Positions 7,860 to 15,692 of a stretch of 64,000 nucleotides of DNA are shown one piece after another. Source of the DNA: Bacteroidetes bacterium ADurb.Bin217 (lineage in GTDB: Bacteria; Bacteroidota; Bacteroidia; Bacteroidales; UBA1715). Made by a program: the position numbers and the translations under genes. Below the pieces are notes generated by a model that had not been told where the DNA came from, made no database searches, and saw nothing but the letters and a program-made list of their open reading frames with translations. Positions within the stretch are counted from its first letter, which is position 1. Every line of letters begins with the position of its first letter. Where the stretch lies: the NCBI GenBank assembly GCA_002069975.1, contig MWCJ01000003.1:17657-81656 (forward strand). Reading direction: 5' to 3'.

Positions 7860-8957
7860 TTTAAAAAATACTAATTCATAATTGGCATTTCGACCACCTT
7901 CACTTGTTTGTTTTAAAATACCTTTGTCTATCAAATCTTTTATATCACGTAAAGCTGTATCAGTAGAAGTTTTCGCAATTTTCGCCCATTTCGAAGTTTG
8001 CAATTTCCCTTCAAATCCGTCAAAAAGTTTATTAAGCATTAAGCGTTGTCGAGCGTTGATTACTGTTTGTTCATGCATTTTCCAAAACTCTGCCTTATGC
8101 AATATTCTTTGTGTTGTGTTTTCAGTAGCTAACATTGCGTTTTTTAGACATTGCAAAAACCATTCGAGCCATTCTGTTATGTCACCTTTACTAAATTGAA
8201 CTCTTTGCAATATTTCGTAATAGCGTTTGCGTTCAATTAATATCTGACTTGACATACTATAAAAACGTTCACCGCTATTTTCGGCACGTGCAAGCAACAT
8301 GTCAGTTATAGCACGTGCAATTCGACCATTTCCGTCATCAAATGGATGGATGATGATAAACCAAAAGTGTGCTATAGCAGCTTTTAGAACAGAATCAAGT
8401 GTTTGGTCATTATTAAACCAATTTAAAAACTTTTCCATTTCTTTTTTAACCATTTCAGGCTTAACAGCTTCGTAGTGTACTTTTTCTTTTCCCATTGCAC
8501 CAGAAACTACTTGCATTTTACCTTTACGGTACCTACCAACTTCTATTTCATATGGCCCACTAAATCCTGTTGGGAAAAGTGCTGCATGCCAACCAAACAA
8601 ACGTTTTTCGGTTAAAGGTAATGTGTAGCGCTGAGTAGCATCAAGCATCATTTCAACAACGCCCTCTATATGCCGGCTACTCTTTACAAGTCCTGCTGTA
8701 TTTATACCCAAACGCCGTGCTATGGATGAACGTACTTGTTCGTAATTGAGTAACTCGCCTTCAATTTCGGATGATTTTACTATGTCTAGTGTTAAGGCTG
8801 TAAGTGTAGCTTCTTCTTTAGCAGAGAATCCAAGAGCATTCATTTGTCCAATGATTTTTCCTTGCATTAACCGAACCTCTCCAAAAACCGCATTGATAGC
8901 TTTATCATCCCATGTAAAGTCTGTCCATTTTTTATATTCGTAAATGTATTTTATCAT
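7848..8957 (-). CDS. Fic family protein (class II, N-terminal inhibitory helix, C-terminal wHTH)
   Basis: Active-site motif HPFDDGNGRIARA and inhibitory motif S-x3-E-G in KSSEIEGE. The start is set at ATG 8957 (MIKYIYEYKKW); the TTG extension to 8981 overlaps the predicted promoter box. Confidence 0.85.
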   Translation of the reverse strand: MIKYIYEYKKWTDFTWDDKAINAVFGEVRLMQGKIIGQMNALGFSAKEEATLTALTLDIVKSSEIEGELLNYEQVRSSIARRLGINTAGLVKSSRHIEGVVEMMLDATQRYTLPLTEKRLFGWHAALFPTGFSGPYEIEVGRYRKGKMQVVSGAMGKEKVHYEAVKPEMVKKEMEKFLNWFNNDQTLDSVLKAAIAHFWFIIIHPFDDGNGRIARAITDMLLARAENSGERFYSMSSQILIERKRYYEILQRVQFSKGDITEWLEWFLQCLKNAMLATENTTQRILHKAEFWKMHEQTVINARQRLMLNKLFDGFEGKLQTSKWAKIAKTSTDTALRDIKDLIDKGILKQTSEGGRNANYELVFFKGNF

Positions 8958-8978
8958 TGCTACAAATCTATTTTGCGG

Positions 8979-8986
8979 CAAATATA
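8979..8986 (-). promoter_or_regulatory. Bacteroidota -7 promoter box for Fic gene
   Basis: The minus strand reads TATATTTG, 22-29 nt upstream of ATG 8957. GCAAATAT repeats and the CCGCAAATATGCGG near-palindrome (8998-9011) lie adjacent. Confidence 0.35.
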
Positions 8987-9132
8987 CAAATTATTCTCCG
9001 CAAATATGCGGTGTTTATCCGATTTTTTTACCGCATTATTATGATTTCAACGAGTTGTCTACCATTGGCTATCTGCACCAACCTATCCACGAAGCACAAA
9101 TTTATTTTGTTTTTTTGAGCGTGGGCAAATAA

Positions 9133-9296
9133 GCGAAGCGATTCACGAACACCTATAAAAATAATCAACTCGTGAGTAATCCTAAAACCGTCCTGAAAGG
9201 CGGTTCCGTGAGCAGGAAAGGCGGAAGCTCTTTTGCAAGCCTTTGGTTTACTCACAATCTTTAATTGATATTCAAAGGTGTTCGTGAGGGCTTCGC
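9133..9296. repeat. 164 bp imperfect palindrome between COG2865 gene and Fic gene
   Basis: GCGAAGCGATTCACGAACACC (9133-9153) pairs with GGTGTTCGTGAGGGCTTCGC (9277-9296). The inner arms are CTCGTGAGTAA (9170-9180) and TTACTCACAA (9248-9257). Confidence 0.55.
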
Positions 9297-9439
9297 CGTT
9301 GAGCGTTGGCTCGTGTGGGATTGCAAATGTGCTTACGACTGTGCGTTGCTATCTTATTCTTTATCTTTTTTATCTTAATTAATATGCAAATATCCCCTAT
9401 AATTCAATGCTTTAAGTTTATACAATTCGAATTCTTATC

Positions 9440-11128
9440 TTAAATCTTATCTTTTTCTATCTTATTTGAAAGTACCCAAATCGGATTAGCTGTTGATTTA
9501 CTACTATTTTGAATTATTCCTTCTTTTTTAGACATATCATAAAGTAAATTACGAATCTTAGTTCTTTTTTGGTCTATAGAAAGAACATTTGATAATTTCT
9601 CCAATAACAAATCGTCAATTTCGGCTCTCGTAGCTTGTTTGTATTTGGTTAGAAATTCAACAACTAGTTTTCTATAATAATCCTTGTCAAATGCTTTGTT
9701 TTTAATGTATGACGCTTTATCGTCAGTTACTGCTGCTACAGATGCTGCTACATAAAAATTTGGTTTACGCCCTTCAATTAAATGTTCCTTTTTTAAGGTT
9801 GTAACAGCATGTTCTGTAATTGGTAGTTTCTTTTGAACTCTATCTATTAATACAACTCTTGATAGCGATAAGTCTTTACGTTCAATAAGTAATTTCGAAT
9901 AATTTTCGTCAATTGCATGACCGTATATTTGTAATACTACTTTTTGAGATTCTGAAAGTAAATAATCGGGAAGTGGAAAATATCTGTTGCGTTGAGCAAT
10001 ATACATTGTATGAATTCCATAACCTAAACGGTCTATCATACCCAAATTTACCATAGCATTTGCCAACCATGGATTACGGTATCGCTCGGGTGTTTTTTCG
10101 CCTTCGGAATATTCATCGGGATTACCTTCAAAAAAACTACCTGCATTGCTAAAAATAAGTTTATCTATCTTCTCGGTTACAATTATTCGACTATGAAACG
10201 AATAATCCTGATGAGCAATACAATTATGCATAGCTTCCAAAATTGAACGTGTATCATATTTATTTACAGTAGTAGCCAATAATTCATTGTCGGGAAAAAA
10301 TTTATATTTAACATTTCGAATGTTTTGTAAAACTTTGGTGGTATTCAATAAAAGCGGTGTTCCAAAATGCTCGTAAGCTTTTTCTTCGGTTTCAAGTTTC
10401 CACGTAATTTCGGCAATGGCAGGCAATAAATAGTGAGATGCTTCTTCTTTTCCTAAAAGAATTATAGCTGTATTTGTTATTTTTCCATTTATAGTAATCT
10501 TTGCTTTATCCAAAAATGTAGCTGTATCCCACAAATCAATTTCATCGAAAAATGAAGTTCTTGAACTTTTTTCCTTGAATTTCTCACGAGCAACTTTTAA
10601 TGCATTTTCATCTAAATCAGTAATGCTTGCCGTTTCAATAATTTTGGCACTCCAATCTTCTTGCGAATTGTATATAATGCGAACAAAATTAGCATGATTT
10701 CTTAAATCTGTTTTATTGCTACCAATTCTTATAAAAGGTTTCTTCTGAAAATTTGTAGGTTCGCCTTTAGCCGATGGAATACGAAGTAAAACGATATGTT
10801 TACCTTGATAATCGAACTCAAAAATTTCGAAGTTGATTTTTGGATACAACAAATTTCTCAACCAAAGTTCCAAATCCTGATTGCCTTGCTTAGCATTAGC
10901 GAAAGTAAAATTTGTACCTTTTACAATTAATGTTTCATCTTCTACACCCCATACCAAGTAGCCAAAAGGTTTATTTGCAATGGTTGCCCCATTACTCATA
11001 GCACTTAAATATTCGCCAATCTGCTCATTAGTAATACTCCCTTTATTGAGCTTAAACTCTAACCACTGCTGTTCTCGCGGTTGACTGCAAAGTTCTTGTA
11101 ATAATATGTGTAAATCAGATTCTGTCAT
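9440..11128 (-). CDS. COG2865-type protein: AlbA_2 (Schlafen-like) DNA-binding domain + HATPase_c_4-like domain + C-terminal wHTH
   Basis: The N-terminus has QQWLEFKLNKG...YLSAMSNG...GYLVWGVED, typical of AlbA_2. The ~560 aa architecture matches proteins commonly annotated as putative transcriptional regulator/RecG-like. Confidence 0.75.
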   Translation of the reverse strand: MTESDLHILLQELCSQPREQQWLEFKLNKGSITNEQIGEYLSAMSNGATIANKPFGYLVWGVEDETLIVKGTNFTFANAKQGNQDLELWLRNLLYPKINFEIFEFDYQGKHIVLLRIPSAKGEPTNFQKKPFIRIGSNKTDLRNHANFVRIIYNSQEDWSAKIIETASITDLDENALKVAREKFKEKSSRTSFFDEIDLWDTATFLDKAKITINGKITNTAIILLGKEEASHYLLPAIAEITWKLETEEKAYEHFGTPLLLNTTKVLQNIRNVKYKFFPDNELLATTVNKYDTRSILEAMHNCIAHQDYSFHSRIIVTEKIDKLIFSNAGSFFEGNPDEYSEGEKTPERYRNPWLANAMVNLGMIDRLGYGIHTMYIAQRNRYFPLPDYLLSESQKVVLQIYGHAIDENYSKLLIERKDLSLSRVVLIDRVQKKLPITEHAVTTLKKEHLIEGRKPNFYVAASVAAVTDDKASYIKNKAFDKDYYRKLVVEFLTKYKQATRAEIDDLLLEKLSNVLSIDQKRTKIRNLLYDMSKKEGIIQNSSKSTANPIWVLSNKIEKDKI

Positions 11129-11159
11129 TTTAATTTATAATAAAAATACTTGCAATATA

Positions 11160-13442
11160 TTATTTAATTTTTGCTTTCATAAGTTCTTCTATTGTAATAG
11201 CTTTTGGCTTTTTTATTACATCGAGGACATTTAGCTTTGTTAAATCAATGCTAATATCTTTAAATTCTTTTTCGCAATAATTTTCTAATTCATATACCAA
11301 ATACATTTTTTCGCTTGGGGTAGTTTTGTAATTTAATATATTTATTAACTCCGATTGCGAGCAAAATTTTGCACTATTATGTTTAAGTTTAAAAAATAAT
11401 TTTGATTCGGTTTGTTCTTTTGAATAAAGCAGTAAATATTGAGCACCAATTTCACTAGGGCTTAAGATATATCCGTTACCATAACGAATATTATACAAAC
11501 CTTTTTCTTTTATCCAACTTAAATGTCTATCATCTTTATAATAGCCCACCAACACATATGCTTCATTTGGTATTAATTTTTTGTTACCAATATATTCCGG
11601 AATAGGTTCGTTTAAAATATCGTTATCGTTTTTATTGTTTTTATGAATATCATAAATTTTAACAGCAGTATATTCTCTTTGCGAAGCTCTATCAATAAAG
11701 TTAGCAACAACCTTTTTTATAAAGTTTTTTAAATGCTCTTTATCTTTATCATCCTTATTTGGTTTAATTACAAAAGCTCCCAAACCAGGAATTAATTCAT
11801 GAAAACCTCTAAATGGTTCTTCTTTGCCTTCTCCTGGATATAATACATAAGCTCCGCCTGTTCTTCTGATAGCATCTTTATAGGCATGCATTTTAAGTAA
11901 ATCCTGATTTTTGAATGTTCCTTTTTTGCTTTCTTCTATTTCATCTTCGATTAGCTCATTATTCTCTTCCTCTGTTAGTTCTTCACCTTGTGGTTTAGAA
12001 ATTAACTCATAGAAATTATTTACCTTATATTTAGCATCGAAGTGTATATGAGTTATAAGTTCTTTACGTTCTGCTTCTTTAGAATCTTTTATTTCTTCTG
12101 GCCAAATTGACAAGGTGTAATCTGGTCTTAGAGTTGTTGTAAAACTTCCTCCATCGGGATATTTTCTCCCGCCTACAAATGAACGATTATAGCAAAATTG
12201 TATATTCAAATTTCTTGATGGTGATTTATATACACCTTTCATTGCAATAGCAGTACCTTGTTTTAAATTTAGCGATAATTGCCCTTTTTCATATTGAATT
12301 AATTCGGCAATACTCTTTGGTTCAATTTCAAATATTTCTTTTAACAAGTCTAATAATGTAAAAAATAACCAATACTCATAAAGTATAGCAATATGTTTTT
12401 TCCCAGCATCATACACATTGTCGCCACCATGCCAAATTAATTTAGCTGCTAAATCAAATTTTAGCCAAGCATTTAAAACTTCTCTGTAGCCGCTTTTTCT
12501 TTGAAGTATAGGGCTATTTAACTTTAATGATGTTGGTCTTGATATTTGTTTAAAAAAAGATTGATTTAATATCGACGAAATTTTAGTTGAAAGCAATCCT
12601 GATTCAAATTTAGCAGTTGAATACTTCTCGAATCGCAATTCGCAATTCTCACAGAAAAACAGAAATTCTTCTAATGCATGTTTTATAAAACGATTTTCTG
12701 CGGTGTCAATAGATTCGCATTTTCGTGTGCTGTCTATTTTTGTTGGAATAGAAGTTAACCCATATGATGTATTCAAGAAATGTTCTGTACTTATTTTCAT
12801 TCGGTTACTTTTTGTAACCAATTGTTTTATGTTCTTTTGATTGAATCTTCGTATGCTTCGTATGTCTTTTTCTTCATACTCTTCATGCCATTTTGTAGTA
12901 GGACTTGAAATAATTTTTTGTATTGCTTCTTCAAATTCTAAAGAATCAATTAATGATTTTACAAACGAAAACCTCTGATATAATGTTTCTGGATTTTTAT
13001 TAAAATCGGTTTCAAAATGTTGATTGATTGGGGAATCAATCTGCATTATTAAATCAGTGCATCGTTCGGTAATGCTCTCAAGCATATAGCGATAGTCTGA
13101 CCTATATTCACTTTTAACAGAACGAACTTCAATAGGTAATAAGATAGGCGAGCCATCTATTTCTAAAGAATGTGTACCTACGTATATATTGGGAATTATA
13201 CTCCCTTTATGTTTGCCGAATTTAGAATGTGTTATTATTAAATTCTTATTACTTTCTTCTTTAGGTTTAAAAAATACTGCTTCCTCCGAAAACTGATATT
13301 CATAAGAGCATCCTTCTAAAAGTTGATATTTTGCTTCACCAAATTGTATAACATCTTCATCAGAAATTTCAAAAAGCGTATTTACATCACCTTTAATTTC
13401 TAATACCAATCCTTGTTTAATATGATTAAGCTTAATTTTCAT
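11160..13442 (-). CDS. McrC-like PD-(D/E)xK nuclease subunit (DUF2357-type, 760 aa)
   Basis: Nuclease core LRPDYTL (about 12111-12133) and HFDAKYK (12024-12044). The start codon lies 2 nt after the McrB-like stop, giving the usual McrB-McrC gene order. Confidence 0.75.
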   Translation of the reverse strand: MKIKLNHIKQGLVLEIKGDVNTLFEISDEDVIQFGEAKYQLLEGCSYEYQFSEEAVFFKPKEESNKNLIITHSKFGKHKGSIIPNIYVGTHSLEIDGSPILLPIEVRSVKSEYRSDYRYMLESITERCTDLIMQIDSPINQHFETDFNKNPETLYQRFSFVKSLIDSLEFEEAIQKIISSPTTKWHEEYEEKDIRSIRRFNQKNIKQLVTKSNRMKISTEHFLNTSYGLTSIPTKIDSTRKCESIDTAENRFIKHALEEFLFFCENCELRFEKYSTAKFESGLLSTKISSILNQSFFKQISRPTSLKLNSPILQRKSGYREVLNAWLKFDLAAKLIWHGGDNVYDAGKKHIAILYEYWLFFTLLDLLKEIFEIEPKSIAELIQYEKGQLSLNLKQGTAIAMKGVYKSPSRNLNIQFCYNRSFVGGRKYPDGGSFTTTLRPDYTLSIWPEEIKDSKEAERKELITHIHFDAKYKVNNFYELISKPQGEELTEEENNELIEDEIEESKKGTFKNQDLLKMHAYKDAIRRTGGAYVLYPGEGKEEPFRGFHELIPGLGAFVIKPNKDDKDKEHLKNFIKKVVANFIDRASQREYTAVKIYDIHKNNKNDNDILNEPIPEYIGNKKLIPNEAYVLVGYYKDDRHLSWIKEKGLYNIRYGNGYILSPSEIGAQYLLLYSKEQTESKLFFKLKHNSAKFCSQSELINILNYKTTPSEKMYLVYELENYCEKEFKDISIDLTKLNVLDVIKKPKAITIEELMKAKIK

Positions 13443-13444
13443 TT

Positions 13445-15397
13445 TTATGCTTCAGCGTAACTTGCAAAACCATTTTCAACGGCATTTTTATACATTCTAC
13501 AAATTTTCTCGAATGAAAGCTTGTATTTAATATTAGAATCTGAATGTATCTCAGATTCTGTTAAGTTATTGCTAACAAATGTATCTAAGTAGTTTTCTTT
13601 AATCTGTGAATTATCGATTAAACAAAAACCACCTAATATGGGAAGAACTTTTGTAAGCTTGTTTCTTGAACCGTGCAATTTTGGTAATAATTTCTGCATT
13701 ATGGCAATATCAAGTAAGTTGTCGCCAGATTCGCCAAGTTCTTTTAGCATATGCATCAACCTTCCTATTTCACTTGCTGTTCTATATCCAAATTCAGCAC
13801 CCGATTTTTTTAATTCCGTAAAGAATTGTTTTAAATCTGCTTCATATTTTTTCAAATTCTTATTGGTTTGTTGTAATGCCATAGCCACAAAACTTTCAGC
13901 CATATTTGCCCCTTGCGTTTTTAGCAAATCCATGTCTAGTTTTATATCACTCGCAATAAATTCTTCTAAATCTTTTTCAGTTAATCTAAATTCTATGGTG
14001 TTAGCTCTATCTAAAACCTTAGGACTAAACATGTAGGTGGTTTCATCTATATTTACAGTTCCTATTATGAATAGATTTTTAGGTAGATTTATTGATTGTG
14101 GAATCTCATTTATTTCATTTTTAATTTTATGCAACGGTATCACATCGCCCGATTCCATAGTACTTAAAAAATCAGCAAAATATCGTTCAACATGACTTAA
14201 ATTCATCTCATCTAATATCAAAAAGTACGGTTTTGTAGGTTCCACTGTATTCTCAAAATTTTGCTTAGCTCTTATCATCAAATCTAAAACGCCACTTTCG
14301 GGGCTTACGTATTCTTCTTTATTTAATGCATTTGGATACCCTAGAAGTGGCTCACGGTTTGTCCAATCGGCACCAACTGGAACTATGCAATATTGTGATT
14401 TATCCGCTGAAATCCATTGCGCAAACGCTTGAGCCAGTTTTGTTTTACCGGAACCAGAAAGACCACTACATATTACAAATGGTTTTGTGCATAATGAGGC
14501 TACAAAGCGTTGAATAAGTTGTGGGGAGAAGATTAAGCCTGCTGCTTGAGTTGATTGATGTAAAGATTTAAAATTGAATTCTTTCTGTTTCTCTTGTAAA
14601 TTATCAATAAGTTCAAGTTTTATATTTTCATAATATGGTAAATAATTAGCAGATAATTTAAAATAAACTTCATTAATTATTGAAAACAATTCATTTGAAC
14701 AAGGAGTTAAATACGCTCCTTGCCTTAAATCAAGTTTTTTATTATAAAAAACTTCAGATGAATTAGTAATATTTAAAAGTTTAGATTTATATTTTTCATT
14801 TAGTATTTCTTGTCTTTCGATTTGTGGACTTAGCTGAATATAGTTTTCTAGTTCTACCAAATATGCTGGTCCATTCCATTCTGTACCTTCAATACCTATT
14901 GTTTCAATTGCCTTTTCTCTTACAATCGAGATACCTGATATATATTTATTATCAATTAGATGTATAATTAAATCACCTTTTTGAATTGACCGCATATTTT
15001 TATATATATCAGAACCACCTTTAGATTTTTGAGGAGACCATAATGCTTTACCTAAAGACCTATCACCTTCATTTCTATCAGGCCTACCAGAAACGATTGT
15101 TTTTTCAATCCAAATCTTTTGGTCATATGTTTTATTTTCCATTTTCTCAATAATAATTTTATATCCTTTTTTTAGTAAAAAGTCTTTTGCTTCAATAGCA
15201 TTAAAAGCTTTACTATCTAACATTTCATTATTTGCATATTTATTTGCAATACTAATTATATATTTTGGAGGTAATTTTTTATTTTTATATAATAAGTAAT
15301 ACTCCTTTGATAATCTATCTTTAGGTATTTCGAATTGTAAGACCTCTTTAATTGCATCTTCAATATTTTCAGTATTTATATTTTGGGGAATTGCCAT
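13445..15397 (-). CDS. McrB-like AAA+ GTPase with N-terminal DNA-reader-like domains
   Basis: Walker A GLSGSGKTKLA (~14436-14465), Walker B/McrB signature FLILDEMNLSHVERYFADFL, and GTVNIDETT...LDRANTIEF. About 290 aa of extra N-terminal sequence precedes these motifs. Confidence 0.85.
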   Translation of the reverse strand: MAIPQNINTENIEDAIKEVLQFEIPKDRLSKEYYLLYKNKKLPPKYIISIANKYANNEMLDSKAFNAIEAKDFLLKKGYKIIIEKMENKTYDQKIWIEKTIVSGRPDRNEGDRSLGKALWSPQKSKGGSDIYKNMRSIQKGDLIIHLIDNKYISGISIVREKAIETIGIEGTEWNGPAYLVELENYIQLSPQIERQEILNEKYKSKLLNITNSSEVFYNKKLDLRQGAYLTPCSNELFSIINEVYFKLSANYLPYYENIKLELIDNLQEKQKEFNFKSLHQSTQAAGLIFSPQLIQRFVASLCTKPFVICSGLSGSGKTKLAQAFAQWISADKSQYCIVPVGADWTNREPLLGYPNALNKEEYVSPESGVLDLMIRAKQNFENTVEPTKPYFLILDEMNLSHVERYFADFLSTMESGDVIPLHKIKNEINEIPQSINLPKNLFIIGTVNIDETTYMFSPKVLDRANTIEFRLTEKDLEEFIASDIKLDMDLLKTQGANMAESFVAMALQQTNKNLKKYEADLKQFFTELKKSGAEFGYRTASEIGRLMHMLKELGESGDNLLDIAIMQKLLPKLHGSRNKLTKVLPILGGFCLIDNSQIKENYLDTFVSNNLTESEIHSDSNIKYKLSFEKICRMYKNAVENGFASYAEA

Positions 15398-15400
15398 TTT

Positions 15401-15601
15401 TTACTTTTGATTTTTACTTGATACAATTAATTCTATCACATCAACATCTAAAATTTTAGCAATTTCATGCAGCACTTCAAGTCTTGGTTGTTGGCGGTTT
15501 TGCACATAACTATTTACCATATTATAGCTTTTGCCAAGTTGCTCTGCCAACCATGTTTGTTTAATGCCTTTTTTGTCTAGTACTTCTTTAATCTTGTTCA
15601 T
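15401..15601 (-). CDS. XRE-family helix-turn-helix regulator (controller-like, 66 aa)
   Basis: HTH_3 pattern KGIKQTWLAEQLGKSYNMVNSYVQNRQQP. The stop lies 3 nt upstream of the McrB-like start. Confidence 0.85.
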   Translation of the reverse strand: MNKIKEVLDKKGIKQTWLAEQLGKSYNMVNSYVQNRQQPRLEVLHEIAKILDVDVIELIVSSKNQK

Positions 15602-15621
15602 CGATTTACGAATTGAAGCTT

Positions 15622-15629
15622 CAAAAATA
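15622..15629 (-). promoter_or_regulatory. Bacteroidota -7 promoter box for HTH-McrBC operon
   Basis: The minus strand reads TATTTTTG, 21-28 nt upstream of ATG 15601. Confidence 0.35.
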
Positions 15630-15660
15630 GGTTTTTTATCTCATTTTTCAATATAAAATA

Positions 15661-15674
15661 TACAATTAATTGTA
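15661..15674. promoter_or_regulatory. perfect 14 bp palindrome, candidate operator (C-box-like)
   Basis: TACAATTAATTGTA is self-complementary and lies just upstream of the -7 box, in the position of a -33 element. Confidence 0.35.
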
Positions 15675-15692
15675 GCGTGTGTATTGGCAAAA

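Noticed and set aside
9028-9255. 75 aa minus-strand ORF between the Fic and COG2865 genes.
   Set aside because: It lies entirely within the 164 bp palindrome region and has a low-complexity, Arg/Ala/His-rich translation typical of a GC-rich non-coding frame.
13638-14036. Antisense ORFs inside long genes. Examples are 13638-14036 (+), 30928-31290 (-), 39985-40245 (+), 17314-17658 (-), 57161-57514 (+) and 1698-1988 (-).
   Set aside because: Each is fully embedded opposite a well-supported gene with strong motifs, and their translations are low-complexity with no independent signals.
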